Below are positions 7,772 through 16,516 of a stretch of 64,000 nt of DNA, one piece after another. The notes under the pieces are model-generated. The model was given only the letters and a program-made list of their open reading frames with translations, was not told the origin of the DNA and searched no databases. The position numbers and the translations under genes were made by a program. How positions within the stretch are numbered: the stretch's first letter is position 1; each line of letters opens with the position of its first letter. This DNA is from a virus (Duplodnaviria > Caudoviricetes), in the IMG/VR virus record IMGVR_UViG_3300046820_001270, positions 64,001 through 128,000 of that record. One strand, written 5' to 3'.

Positions 7772-9670
7772 ATGAAAATATTTGACGCAAACATCTCGGG
7801 ATCCCTAAACGTATCGGGCGCAGCTCGTTTCTTCGGTGATCTTACGGTAGACGGAACAATAAATGCTGCGATTAGTGGTACATCCACAAACGCACTATCC
7901 CTAAACACAACGGGTTCTGCTCGTTTCGCTACCACAGGTAGTAACCTATTCACAGCAAACCAAACAATTAGCGGATCTATAATCCCATCTGTTAATAATG
8001 CTTACGATTTGGGTGATGCGACACATTGGTGGAAGGACATCTATGTATCTACAGGATCTATCTTTATTGGTGGTATAAAAGCTATCAGTACAAACACTGA
8101 TGGTACAATCCAAATAGGTACTCAAGTTGTACAAACTTCAGCAAGTTTAGCATCAGTTGGTCTACCAGTTCCTCCAACAGGTTCTGCAGGATCAAGTCAA
8201 AGTACATTAGTAGGTAGTCAAAATATTACAGGTAGTCAATCTATCACTGGTAGTATGTCAGTAAGTGGTAGTATGGTTGTAACAGGTTCTTTATTTATTA
8301 ACGGAACCTCATATACTGCGGCTTCTTCAGGAACTTCAGGAACTTCAGGAACTTCAGGTTCTTCAGGTTCTAGTGGATCTAACGGTTCATCAGGAACTTC
8401 AGGATCTAACGGAACAAATGGTTCTTCAGGAACTAGTGGTTCTAACGGTACTGACGGTTCTTCAGGTTCTAACGGAACAAATGGTTCTTCAGGAACTAGT
8501 GGATCTAACGGAACAAATGGTTCTTCAGGAACTAGTGGATCTAACGGAACAAATGGTTCTTCAGGTACTTCAGTAACCGTTTCAGGTACAAACAATGTAC
8601 TTGGTAAATTCAGTTCAGGAACTATGGTTAACTCAACAATAACTGACGATGGTACGACAGTTACTATTGGAGGTAATTTAACGGTTAATGGTACAACCAC
8701 TTCAGTCAATTCAAATACAGTTAATATTGGTGACAATATTTTAATTCTTAATTCAGATGAAGCGGGTGTTCCATCACAAAATGGTGGTATTGAAATTGAA
8801 AGAGGAACATCTACAAACGCAAGTTTAATATGGGACGAAACAACTGATGTGTGGGAAGTTGGTTTAGCGGGTGCTGAACTTGAAATTGCAACCATTAGTG
8901 GAACACAAACACTTACTAACAAAACAATAAATGGTTCACAATTAGTTGACTTGTCGGTTGCAAATGGTAAATTGACAAACTCATCAGTAACCGTTTCAGC
9001 AGGAACGGGTATGAGTGGAGGTGGTGCGGTATCATTAGGTGGTACTGTAACATTAACAAATGCGGGTGTAACGTCAATCACAACAAATACAGGTTTAAGT
9101 TCAAACGTAAGTGCGACAGGTGCGGTTACAATCACAAATACAATAACCAATAATAACCAATTAACCAATGGTGCTGGATATCTTACAACGGCTGTAACTT
9201 CAGCGGTTGGAGGTACGGGTGTTGGTGTGAGTTCGGGAACAGGAGCGGTTACATTCTCAATCGGTCAAGCGGTTGCAACATCATCAAACGTTCAATTTAA
9301 CTCATTGGGTGTAGGAACGGCAGGTCCTGGAACAACAGGTTTAATCAGAGCAACAAATGACGTTATCGCTTACTTCTCATCAGATGAGAGATTAAAGGAA
9401 AACTTTGAAAATATCCCTAATTCTTTAGATAAGTTAAAACAAATTAACGGTTATTCATTTGATTGGATCCCTATGGAAGGTATTCACGAAAATGAAGGTC
9501 ACGATATCGGTGTTAAAGCACAAGAAATTGAAGCTGTTTTACCTGAAATTGTTACAACAAGAGAAAACGGATATAAGGCGGTTAAATATGATAAATTAGT
9601 TGCTTTATTGATTGAAACAAATAAAGAATTATTAAATCGTATTGAAGCTTTAGAAGCTAAAATAAAATAA
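7772..9670 (+). CDS. tail fibre with C-terminal peptidase S74 intramolecular chaperone
   Basis: Gly/Ser/Thr-rich body; SSDERLKEN cleavage motif, IGVKAQEIE, VKYDKL and terminal coiled coil. Confidence 0.9.
   Translation: MKIFDANISGSLNVSGAARFFGDLTVDGTINAAISGTSTNALSLNTTGSARFATTGSNLFTANQTISGSIIPSVNNAYDLGDATHWWKDIYVSTGSIFIGGIKAISTNTDGTIQIGTQVVQTSASLASVGLPVPPTGSAGSSQSTLVGSQNITGSQSITGSMSVSGSMVVTGSLFINGTSYTAASSGTSGTSGTSGSSGSSGSNGSSGTSGSNGTNGSSGTSGSNGTDGSSGSNGTNGSSGTSGSNGTNGSSGTSGSNGTNGSSGTSVTVSGTNNVLGKFSSGTMVNSTITDDGTTVTIGGNLTVNGTTTSVNSNTVNIGDNILILNSDEAGVPSQNGGIEIERGTSTNASLIWDETTDVWEVGLAGAELEIATISGTQTLTNKTINGSQLVDLSVANGKLTNSSVTVSAGTGMSGGGAVSLGGTVTLTNAGVTSITTNTGLSSNVSATGAVTITNTITNNNQLTNGAGYLTTAVTSAVGGTGVGVSSGTGAVTFSIGQAVATSSNVQFNSLGVGTAGPGTTGLIRATNDVIAYFSSDERLKENFENIPNSLDKLKQINGYSFDWIPMEGIHENEGHDIGVKAQEIEAVLPEIVTTRENGYKAVKYDKLVALLIETNKELLNRIEALEAKIK
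8324..8566 (+). repeat. coding tandem repeat: 27 X-Y-Gly triplets (9-bp units, 36-bp higher-order unit)
   Basis: SSG/TSG/SNG/TNG triplets; two exact adjacent 36-bp copies ggaacaaatggttcttcaggaactagtggatctaac near 8474-8545. Confidence 0.95.
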
Positions 9671-9682
9671 TTATATTAATTG

Positions 9683-9721
9683 ATACTCACCATGTTATAA
9701 AAAAATATGGTGAGTATTTAT
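9683..9721 (+). terminator. hairpin after tail fibre, overlapping a TATTTAT motif
   Basis: atactcaccat (9683-9693) / atggtgagtat (9707-9717) perfect 11-bp inverted repeat; TATTTAT at 9715-9721. Confidence 0.5.
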
Positions 9722-9752
9722 AACATACGGATATTAAATTAAAAGATAGATT

Positions 9753-9968
9753 ATGGGCGTTTTACCAGCAACAGGGTCAGAAATTAGTATGGGAAGAATA
9801 GGTGCAGCATTAGGTGTTGTTCCAAATTCTACAACGCAAGTCGCATTGAATGCTCAACTCGGTACAGGTAGAAATAGAAACTCATCTGGTGTCGGAAGTA
9901 TTCCTAGTGGATCACAAACTGCAGAATCTGCAGGTTTTGGTAGTCTGATCACTCCAAATAACTATTAA
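9753..9968 (+). CDS. small Gly/Ser-rich probable virion (fibre-associated) protein
   Basis: MGVLPATGSEISMGRI N-terminus, late motif upstream, adjacent to fibre. Confidence 0.6.
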   Translation: MGVLPATGSEISMGRIGAALGVVPNSTTQVALNAQLGTGRNRNSSGVGSIPSGSQTAESAGFGSLITPNNY

Positions 9969-10004
9969 TTTTACATTTTCATATTTTTTTCTTATATTAT
10001 ACGT

Positions 10005-10448
10005 ATGAATATAACGTATAAAAAATATCCCTCAAAATACGAATTACAGTACGTTAAATGGAATGGAATTAACTTTGATAGAGAAAGATTAATTAACTTC
10101 ATTAAACGTCTTAAATTAACGTATTTTTTGTCATTTATACCCTATTACAGAAAGGAACATCAAATACTTACAGAAATATTAAACACATACGATAAAGTTC
10201 GTATTCAAGGTCTTTTAAATAATGATGAAGATATTTTAAGAAGATGTTTTATTGAAAAATGGGCAAGAATTGCGTCAACTGACATTTTATTAACAAATGT
10301 TTATTCAAGATCAACATTTACAACGATATTTAATTTACCAATCAAAGATTACCAACTACTTATGAAAAGAGTGGAAGAAATGGTTGAGGCCGGAAGAAAT
10401 TTAACATATCAAAGTATAATAATTACAGACAATACACCTGGAACATGA
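10005..10448 (+). CDS. hypothetical protein
   Basis: 147-aa ORF with ATGA overlap to next gene. Confidence 0.8.
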   Translation: MNITYKKYPSKYELQYVKWNGINFDRERLINFIKRLKLTYFLSFIPYYRKEHQILTEILNTYDKVRIQGLLNNDEDILRRCFIEKWARIASTDILLTNVYSRSTFTTIFNLPIKDYQLLMKRVEEMVEAGRNLTYQSIIITDNTPGT

Positions 10449-11080
10449 GTAAATCAATCAACAACAGTTCAATGTGGGAAATAAAACCACTTAAGTTATC
10501 AATATTAGTACCAACAAGAGATATGGTACATTCACAATTTTCATATAGTTTAACTCAATTATTTAACACAACGAGAGAGGCGGGAATTGATGTTTATTTA
10601 TTTTTTGATTCTAGTACAATATTATTAAATCAAAGAAATAATCTTATTAAGAAGGCAATGGAAGTAAAATCCGATTATGTTCTTTGGTTAGATAGTGATA
10701 TGATGTTCCCACCAACCACAGCATTACGTCTTTTAGAACACAATAAGGACATCGTCGCATGTAACTATATGAAACGTTCAAAGCCTCTTAAACCTGTTGC
10801 ATATAGGGATCTAAATGATTGGGATAGTTGGGTACCGATGGAAATACATGACGAACTTGTTAAAGTGGAGGGAGTAGGTATGGGATGTATGTTAATGAAA
10901 TTAGATATGTTCGATAAATTAGAAAAACCATATTTTGAGTTTAGATATAAAGAAGACACCGAAGATTACTTCGGAGAAGACTTTATTTTATTGGGTAAGT
11001 TAAGAGAATTAGGATATGAAGTGTTTATTGATACATACTTAAGTATGATGGTTAAACACGTCGGCAATTACGCCTTTTGA
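10445..11080 (+). CDS. GT-A fold (GT2-like) glycosyltransferase
   Basis: ILVPTR, LWLDSD (DxD), GMGCML, GEDF. Confidence 0.8.
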   Translation: MSKSINNSSMWEIKPLKLSILVPTRDMVHSQFSYSLTQLFNTTREAGIDVYLFFDSSTILLNQRNNLIKKAMEVKSDYVLWLDSDMMFPPTTALRLLEHNKDIVACNYMKRSKPLKPVAYRDLNDWDSWVPMEIHDELVKVEGVGMGCMLMKLDMFDKLEKPYFEFRYKEDTEDYFGEDFILLGKLRELGYEVFIDTYLSMMVKHVGNYAF

Positions 11081-12180
11081 TCCTTATCTATTATCAACAC
11101 AGTTATATTACCATTTTCATAAACACCAGGTCCATAATCATCAAGAGATACTCTCAATGCGTTGACCATGTTAAAATCATCCTGATTAAAGTTATCGGTA
11201 ACAAATACTTTAATATCAACATCATTAACATCTTCAAATTTCTTAGTTAAATTGTAACGAGTAGATCGTTGTTCCTTCTCAACATATTCCGTTGGGAACT
11301 CATCAATCTCAATCTTATCGAAGAATGGTTCTAATAATTCAATATGTTTGGTACTACTTAATTTAACACCAACAATTTTCTTAACGTATGTAAAGTTATC
11401 TGTTGTTTGATAATCCATCGCGTTAAACATTGGAATACTAATCCCCCATTTTCTTATAAAGTTTCTAATGGAATGAGCTTCAATTGTTCCACGTACATCT
11501 TTCATTTCATCACTGAACCTTGATGTCTGCGAAACAAAATGATAGGTAATTGCAGAATCACAAGTTTTTAATTCATACCCTTTTAGTTTCGCACGGATTA
11601 AAAAGTCATCATCTTCACAAAAACATGGAACAAAACTAAATCCATCAAAACCACCTAAGTCAATAAATGTTTTCTTATATGCCGACATAAAGAAGACCGC
11701 ACCATCATGTAGTGTATCAGTATCTTTCCATTTTTGAATGTAATTATCAAAATGAGTTTGATCAAAATTATCAAACCCACTACCCAAATCTAATAATACT
11801 TTACCAGGTCTTGAATGACCTTTAAAAATAGGAGGTTCAATTGTTGTGTAGGATAAGATCATATTCTCAGTTAATAGTCTTTCTATTGCCTCTAAGAAAC
11901 CTTCACCAATAACCATATCGTTATGGATAAGAACAATCTTTTCCGTATCAACAAGATCAATACCCGCGTTATATGTTTCTGAGAATGTTAAACGATCATC
12001 ATCGTGGAAGAAAGATAAGTTTTCATCTTCTAATGATTCTAACCATTCTTTAGTACCGTCACTTGATCCACCACTACTAATTACTAACGGTGCATCGGGA
12101 TATAACACACGTAATCTTTTATAACATTCCGTTGTTAGATCTAATTTATTATAGACAGCCAATACAAAGCTTATATTCAT
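11068..12180 (-). CDS. GT2 glycosyltransferase
   Basis: FVLAVYN, YNAG, HND, LGGFD...EDDD, YHFVS. Confidence 0.85.
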   Translation of the reverse strand: MNISFVLAVYNKLDLTTECYKRLRVLYPDAPLVISSGGSSDGTKEWLESLEDENLSFFHDDDRLTFSETYNAGIDLVDTEKIVLIHNDMVIGEGFLEAIERLLTENMILSYTTIEPPIFKGHSRPGKVLLDLGSGFDNFDQTHFDNYIQKWKDTDTLHDGAVFFMSAYKKTFIDLGGFDGFSFVPCFCEDDDFLIRAKLKGYELKTCDSAITYHFVSQTSRFSDEMKDVRGTIEAHSIRNFIRKWGISIPMFNAMDYQTTDNFTYVKKIVGVKLSSTKHIELLEPFFDKIEIDEFPTEYVEKEQRSTRYNLTKKFEDVNDVDIKVFVTDNFNQDDFNMVNALRVSLDDYGPGVYENGNITVLIIDKDQKA

Positions 12181-12216
12181 TTTATTTTATTTTATATGTA
12201 ATAACTTATTTATATT

Positions 12217-13002
12217 TTAAAATTTTAATACTTGTTTCCATAAATTAAAAATATCATCATTTGTTAAATTAGAAACTTCATGTAGTGTTTGATCACAACC
12301 AAAAAACTTGGTATTTGTATAAAAACATTCATCTTTTACTAAACATGCAACTTCACCAATCGATGAATGATATACTCTACCCACACTATCATACATTTCT
12401 TGTTTAGAATTGGTATAACCCACAAATTCAACATAAGGATGATTTTCATATTTTTTTATATTTTTATTATAATACCCATCCATCACAATTTTACCACAAA
12501 TATAAATTTTTGTACATCCGTCCTTCAACGCTCTTTCAATAGATTGATGAGTTTGTTTTCTTTCTTCCACCGTACCAATAACACCAGCAACTAAATCTAA
12601 TTCAGATTTTTCTTTTGATACTAACAATTCTTTAGGGTTTGGTATTGTAGTGTATGGACCATTATATCTTGAGTGATAGTTTCTATGTTCTTCATGACTA
12701 AAAACTAACGTATCCCAATAATTTGGTATGTCTGCAACCTCAAACCACCATTTTTCATGACAACATAATACAACACTTTTCACATTTGGTCTTTTTTCTA
12801 ATTTTAAAAAATGTGTTAATAAAATGTCATCTTTATCTAATTTTAAATTACTTAACTTATCTGATTTACATTTATTTAAATGAAAATCATGAGGACCATA
12901 AAAAATTGTCTTGACCCCTCTTTCGTTAAACATATTTGTTAAATTGATAAGAATAGTTGTTGACCCTCCTTCGGCCGAATATCCCGAAATAATTTTTACC
13001 AT
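12217..13002 (-). CDS. GT-B (GT4-like) glycosyltransferase, compact
   Basis: GGS N-terminal loop, IPNP, GTVEERK, FVGY. Confidence 0.55.
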   Translation of the reverse strand: MVKIISGYSAEGGSTTILINLTNMFNERGVKTIFYGPHDFHLNKCKSDKLSNLKLDKDDILLTHFLKLEKRPNVKSVVLCCHEKWWFEVADIPNYWDTLVFSHEEHRNYHSRYNGPYTTIPNPKELLVSKEKSELDLVAGVIGTVEERKQTHQSIERALKDGCTKIYICGKIVMDGYYNKNIKKYENHPYVEFVGYTNSKQEMYDSVGRVYHSSIGEVACLVKDECFYTNTKFFGCDQTLHEVSNLTNDDIFNLWKQVLKF

Positions 13003-13550
13003 ATTCTTTTTAAAATTGTTAAACCATTATTATTATAAAATCTTTCCGCAATAATCCAATGAGGATTATTATTCATAAATTCCTCAATTGCCGGCCATAA
13101 ACCAATAGTATCTCCATTCATACCACTAAATTCAAATGATGTAGTATCATGAAAAATAATGTATTTTCTTGATTTATTACCGTGTAATGTTAATTCACCT
13201 TTAACTTGTTTATATGTGTGATCGGTATCTAAAAATAATAAATCAGTTTCTTCAATTTCAATATCTAAAGTACTACCTAAAATAAAATTAAAGTCAATTT
13301 CATTTTTTTTACCAAGTTCAATTACGTCATTTACATTAATTCCCCAATTTTCTAATGGATCAATATCATAGGAAATTAATTTTTTAGGTAGACCCATCAT
13401 AAACGCAATCGTTGAAACTAACCATCTAACCCCCATTTCTGTTATATGATCACAATCTTCGGCATATTTTTTTAAAGTTGGTAAATGCTCATTAATATCT
13501 GATACCAAATTACACCTATATTCGTAGTTATCTATTAAATCTTGTGTCAT
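12996..13550 (-). CDS. class I SAM-dependent methyltransferase (Methyltransf_24-like)
   Basis: TEMGVR, DLLFLDTDHTY, IIFHDT. Confidence 0.8.
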   Translation of the reverse strand: MTQDLIDNYEYRCNLVSDINEHLPTLKKYAEDCDHITEMGVRWLVSTIAFMMGLPKKLISYDIDPLENWGINVNDVIELGKKNEIDFNFILGSTLDIEIEETDLLFLDTDHTYKQVKGELTLHGNKSRKYIIFHDTTSFEFSGMNGDTIGLWPAIEEFMNNNPHWIIAERFYNNNGLTILKRIW

Positions 13551-14161
13551 ACTTTATAATAATTTTCTTTTAAATCATTTTCATTCACATAATTTATTTT
13601 TTTCATAATTACTTGATAACCATTATGAACTATTTCTAAATATTTGTGATAACCATGATAGAACGCATCGGCACCTGTTTTAACTTGTAAGTATTGTTCT
13701 TGTTCAAGTCCACCACCATAATCATCGAATATAATATAACCATTATTTTTCAAACAGTAAAATGCATTTACCGCATCTTCTAAAACATATTTACACATAT
13801 GATTACCATCTATGTAAACAAAGTCTAAAAACTCTTTAGTTTCACCATTATGGTTAAATGTTTTAAAACTATCGGCAGATTCACCTAATTGATATGTTAC
13901 TTTATCTTTATATGGTTTAATGTTATTTTCAATGAATTCATTTGTATTAATATCCATAATGTAATGATGAGATCCTTCTTTTTTACAGAATTTATCTAAG
14001 ATATAAACTGATGAACCACCATATAGTGCACCAATTTCTAAACATACTCTTGGTTCATCACCATAGTTAGGCAAATAATGATCCCAAGAATCGACATGAT
14101 TTAAAAAGAAATAACGTTCTCCTTCTGGATATTTAAAATGTTCTGGATATTGATAACTCAT
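13547..14161 (-). CDS. class I SAM-dependent methyltransferase (Methyltransf_24-like)
   Basis: LEIGALYGGS, FVYIDGNH, GYIIFDDY. Confidence 0.85.
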   Translation of the reverse strand: MSYQYPEHFKYPEGERYFFLNHVDSWDHYLPNYGDEPRVCLEIGALYGGSSVYILDKFCKKEGSHHYIMDINTNEFIENNIKPYKDKVTYQLGESADSFKTFNHNGETKEFLDFVYIDGNHMCKYVLEDAVNAFYCLKNNGYIIFDDYGGGLEQEQYLQVKTGADAFYHGYHKYLEIVHNGYQVIMKKINYVNENDLKENYYKV

Positions 14162-14778
14162 AATGAATTGTATAAATTGTTTTGTTTTTCTTGACGTTCA
14201 ATTGTCTTATGGTGCTGAATACAATATTCTTCGTCATTCGGTAATGAAGAAAACTTTTGACCACCTATTATTCTTTCATGTACCTTACCATACCAAGTCA
14301 TACCTTTACGATATATTCGTCCTTGAGCATCGGGAAAATTAACCCACCCATTTTCATTAACTCTCCAACCCCATTTTTTTACATGTTCTTCCGTCAAACC
14401 GTTAACAGTATTAATACGAGGAACAAATATTAAATCTACCTTTGGATTTAATTCTAAAATCTCGTGAAGATTTTTAACCATATATTCACTAATCATTTCG
14501 TCAGCGTCTAATTGATAGATGTAATCACCGGTACAATACTCATTCAATTTATTTTTCCAATCGGCAAAGTTTCCTTCAAAACCAAAACCTCTCCATGTTT
14601 GTACATTCGGTTTAATATTGTATGGTAAAAGAAAATCTAATATTTCAGGATTACCGTTCTTCTGATCATATAAAATTACTATTTCATCATTGTATCTTTT
14701 ATGTTCCAATAAAAACGGAACTAATCTTTTTATTTCCTTTAGTTCATTACAAACCGTAATTGCAAAACTTATTTTCAT
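14158..14778 (-). CDS. GT2 glycosyltransferase
   Basis: FAITVCNE, NFADWKN, LDADE, VHERI. Confidence 0.85.
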   Translation of the reverse strand: MKISFAITVCNELKEIKRLVPFLLEHKRYNDEIVILYDQKNGNPEILDFLLPYNIKPNVQTWRGFGFEGNFADWKNKLNEYCTGDYIYQLDADEMISEYMVKNLHEILELNPKVDLIFVPRINTVNGLTEEHVKKWGWRVNENGWVNFPDAQGRIYRKGMTWYGKVHERIIGGQKFSSLPNDEEYCIQHHKTIERQEKQNNLYNSL

Positions 14779-14779
14779 A

Positions 14780-15022
14780 TTATGCTCTTTGTCCTCCGTT
14801 TATTCTTCCCGTTAATATATTTATTACTTCGTTGTCAATTTCTTCCACAATTTGTTCCGACATTAATCTTGTTAATTCTGCCTCAGCATCAATTGAGTAA
14901 ACAGTATTTAAATCATCAACCAACTCAGGTCTCCATTGAGCACGTAGTGTTCTAACGATATTCTGAATACCTTCCGATTGAATTGTTATCCCATGAAAAA
15001 ATCTAAACTCTCTAACTCCCAT
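14780..15022 (-). CDS. small protein: FRFFHG tag + fragment resembling T4 gp23-type major capsid protein
   Basis: Start moved to ATG 15022. RTLRAQWRPELVDDL...SIDAEAELTRLMSEQIVEEIDNEVI matches my recollection of gp23 R-x-LKA-x-W/Y-x-x-ELAQDL...DAEAEL...EI-x-x-EI-x-x-E. Confidence 0.7.
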   Translation of the reverse strand: MGVREFRFFHGITIQSEGIQNIVRTLRAQWRPELVDDLNTVYSIDAEAELTRLMSEQIVEEIDNEVINILTGRINGGQRA

Positions 15023-15023
15023 A

Positions 15024-15254
15024 TTATTCTCTTTCTCTTGCGAATAATTTAAATACTCTACCATTATCATTAAATGTCATTTCAGTATTACTCGTTGGAC
15101 TTAAACGAATACTACAATCATTTGGACCATGGGCAAAAACGACTGGTTCGTCATCACCAAATTGAAAACAAAATTCAACATTTGATGGTTCAAATGAGAC
15201 CGGAGTAAAACATAATGTAGGTGTTTCATCACCTTTAAAAAATTTGAAGTTCAT
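15024..15254 (-). CDS. hypothetical protein with N-terminal FKFFKG tag
   Basis: MNFKFFKG start; abuts neighbouring genes. Confidence 0.75.
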   Translation of the reverse strand: MNFKFFKGDETPTLCFTPVSFEPSNVEFCFQFGDDEPVVFAHGPNDCSIRLSPTSNTEMTFNDNGRVFKLFARERE

Positions 15255-16516
15255 TATTTAACTTTATTTAATTTAGGTAATATTAATTTAGTTTGTTGTG
15301 GAGCAGGTTGTACAACAACTAAGTATGGTTTTAAAATTTCTTGAAAACGTTCTTTCATTTTTTCTAAAGAAAAGTTTTCTGAGTTCTGATCTTTTAATAA
15401 AATACTATTTGATGAAAATCTTGAATAATCATCTCTAACTAATTTCATTACTTCCACTACTTCATTATAATTTGCGGTGAACCACTTAGATCCTTTAATT
15501 ATGAATTGATCAATTGCACTATCATCAACATCGGTTAATTTACCACCAATCATAATACTTTTATCTGTCGGTAAAAAATCTTTTTGTCCTGACCAATTGG
15601 ACGCAATTACTGGTTTACCTGACATTGTGAATTCCAATAACGGTCTACCAAATCCCTCACCTTTAGTAATTGATATCATTGACTTAATCTTTTTATGATT
15701 ATATAAATCATTCATTTCTTTATTTGTTAAATCACCAAACAATAAATAAATAGATGGAGGGTTAGGTGTCTCACCGACTATATCTTTAATTCTTTTAATA
15801 AACACCTCACGTTCTTTAATTGAGAAACTTGATGATGATGTTTTTAAAACTAAAGCGGGAGATTTTTCATCGTCTTTAAATGCTTCAACGAAACACTTAA
15901 TTAACATACCAATATCTTTTCTATCTTGACCTACGTTTCCCTTTAACCAATGACCAACAAATAAAAATGCGAAGTCTTCTTTAACATTTAATTTAAATTT
16001 AGGATTAATAGTATCGTTATAGATTTTAGTATCAACACCTTCAAATAACACTTCAATTGGTTTTGTTATTTTATATTGATTAGTTAATTCATTTGTTGTT
16101 TTATTTCTTTCATCATAAACTGTCGATAATAAAACATTTTTAGAAAAATTGGAAGTGGCAATTATTAAATCCATTTGATTACAACCGTCTATCCAATCCT
16201 TAGGTGCTACAGTTGTTTCAATTCCTGCGGTGATACCAATATTAAACTTACCATATCTTTTAAATTCATTCGGTACGGTTACTTGTATATAGATATCAGG
16301 TAAACCGTCAAATTTAGATACAATATTACTTTCAATCCATTTGTGGAATATGTTATCAGACTCTAATGCTGTCATTGGAGTATTTCCCCACATACAACTA
16401 TCAATCTTAATATCAAATAAATTCATTTGATAAAGTGCTTCTAATAAATCTCTTGAGTGTGAACCATATCCACTTCTTGTTTTAACTGGTCCTCTAAATA
16501 ATATTGTTGGTTTCAT
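15254..16516 (-). CDS. GT4 glycosyltransferase
   Basis: SGYG, GEGFGRPLLEF, NWSG; similar to N-terminal domain of 4708-7710. Confidence 0.85.
   Translation of the reverse strand: MKPTILFRGPVKTRSGYGSHSRDLLEALYQMNLFDIKIDSCMWGNTPMTALESDNIFHKWIESNIVSKFDGLPDIYIQVTVPNEFKRYGKFNIGITAGIETTVAPKDWIDGCNQMDLIIATSNFSKNVLLSTVYDERNKTTNELTNQYKITKPIEVLFEGVDTKIYNDTINPKFKLNVKEDFAFLFVGHWLKGNVGQDRKDIGMLIKCFVEAFKDDEKSPALVLKTSSSSFSIKEREVFIKRIKDIVGETPNPPSIYLLFGDLTNKEMNDLYNHKKIKSMISITKGEGFGRPLLEFTMSGKPVIASNWSGQKDFLPTDKSIMIGGKLTDVDDSAIDQFIIKGSKWFTANYNEVVEVMKLVRDDYSRFSSNSILLKDQNSENFSLEKMKERFQEILKPYLVVVQPAPQQTKLILPKLNKVK

Noticed and set aside
8324-8566. 36-bp repeats as a CRISPR array
   Set aside because: Copies are directly adjacent with no spacers and are in frame in a protein; no cas genes seen.
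8236-9168. 310-aa minus-strand ORF with PEEP/PLDP repeats
   Set aside because: Antisense shadow of the Gly-X-Y fibre repeat; the plus-strand S74 fibre explains it. The same applies to 8373-8576 and other short overlapping ORFs in the track.
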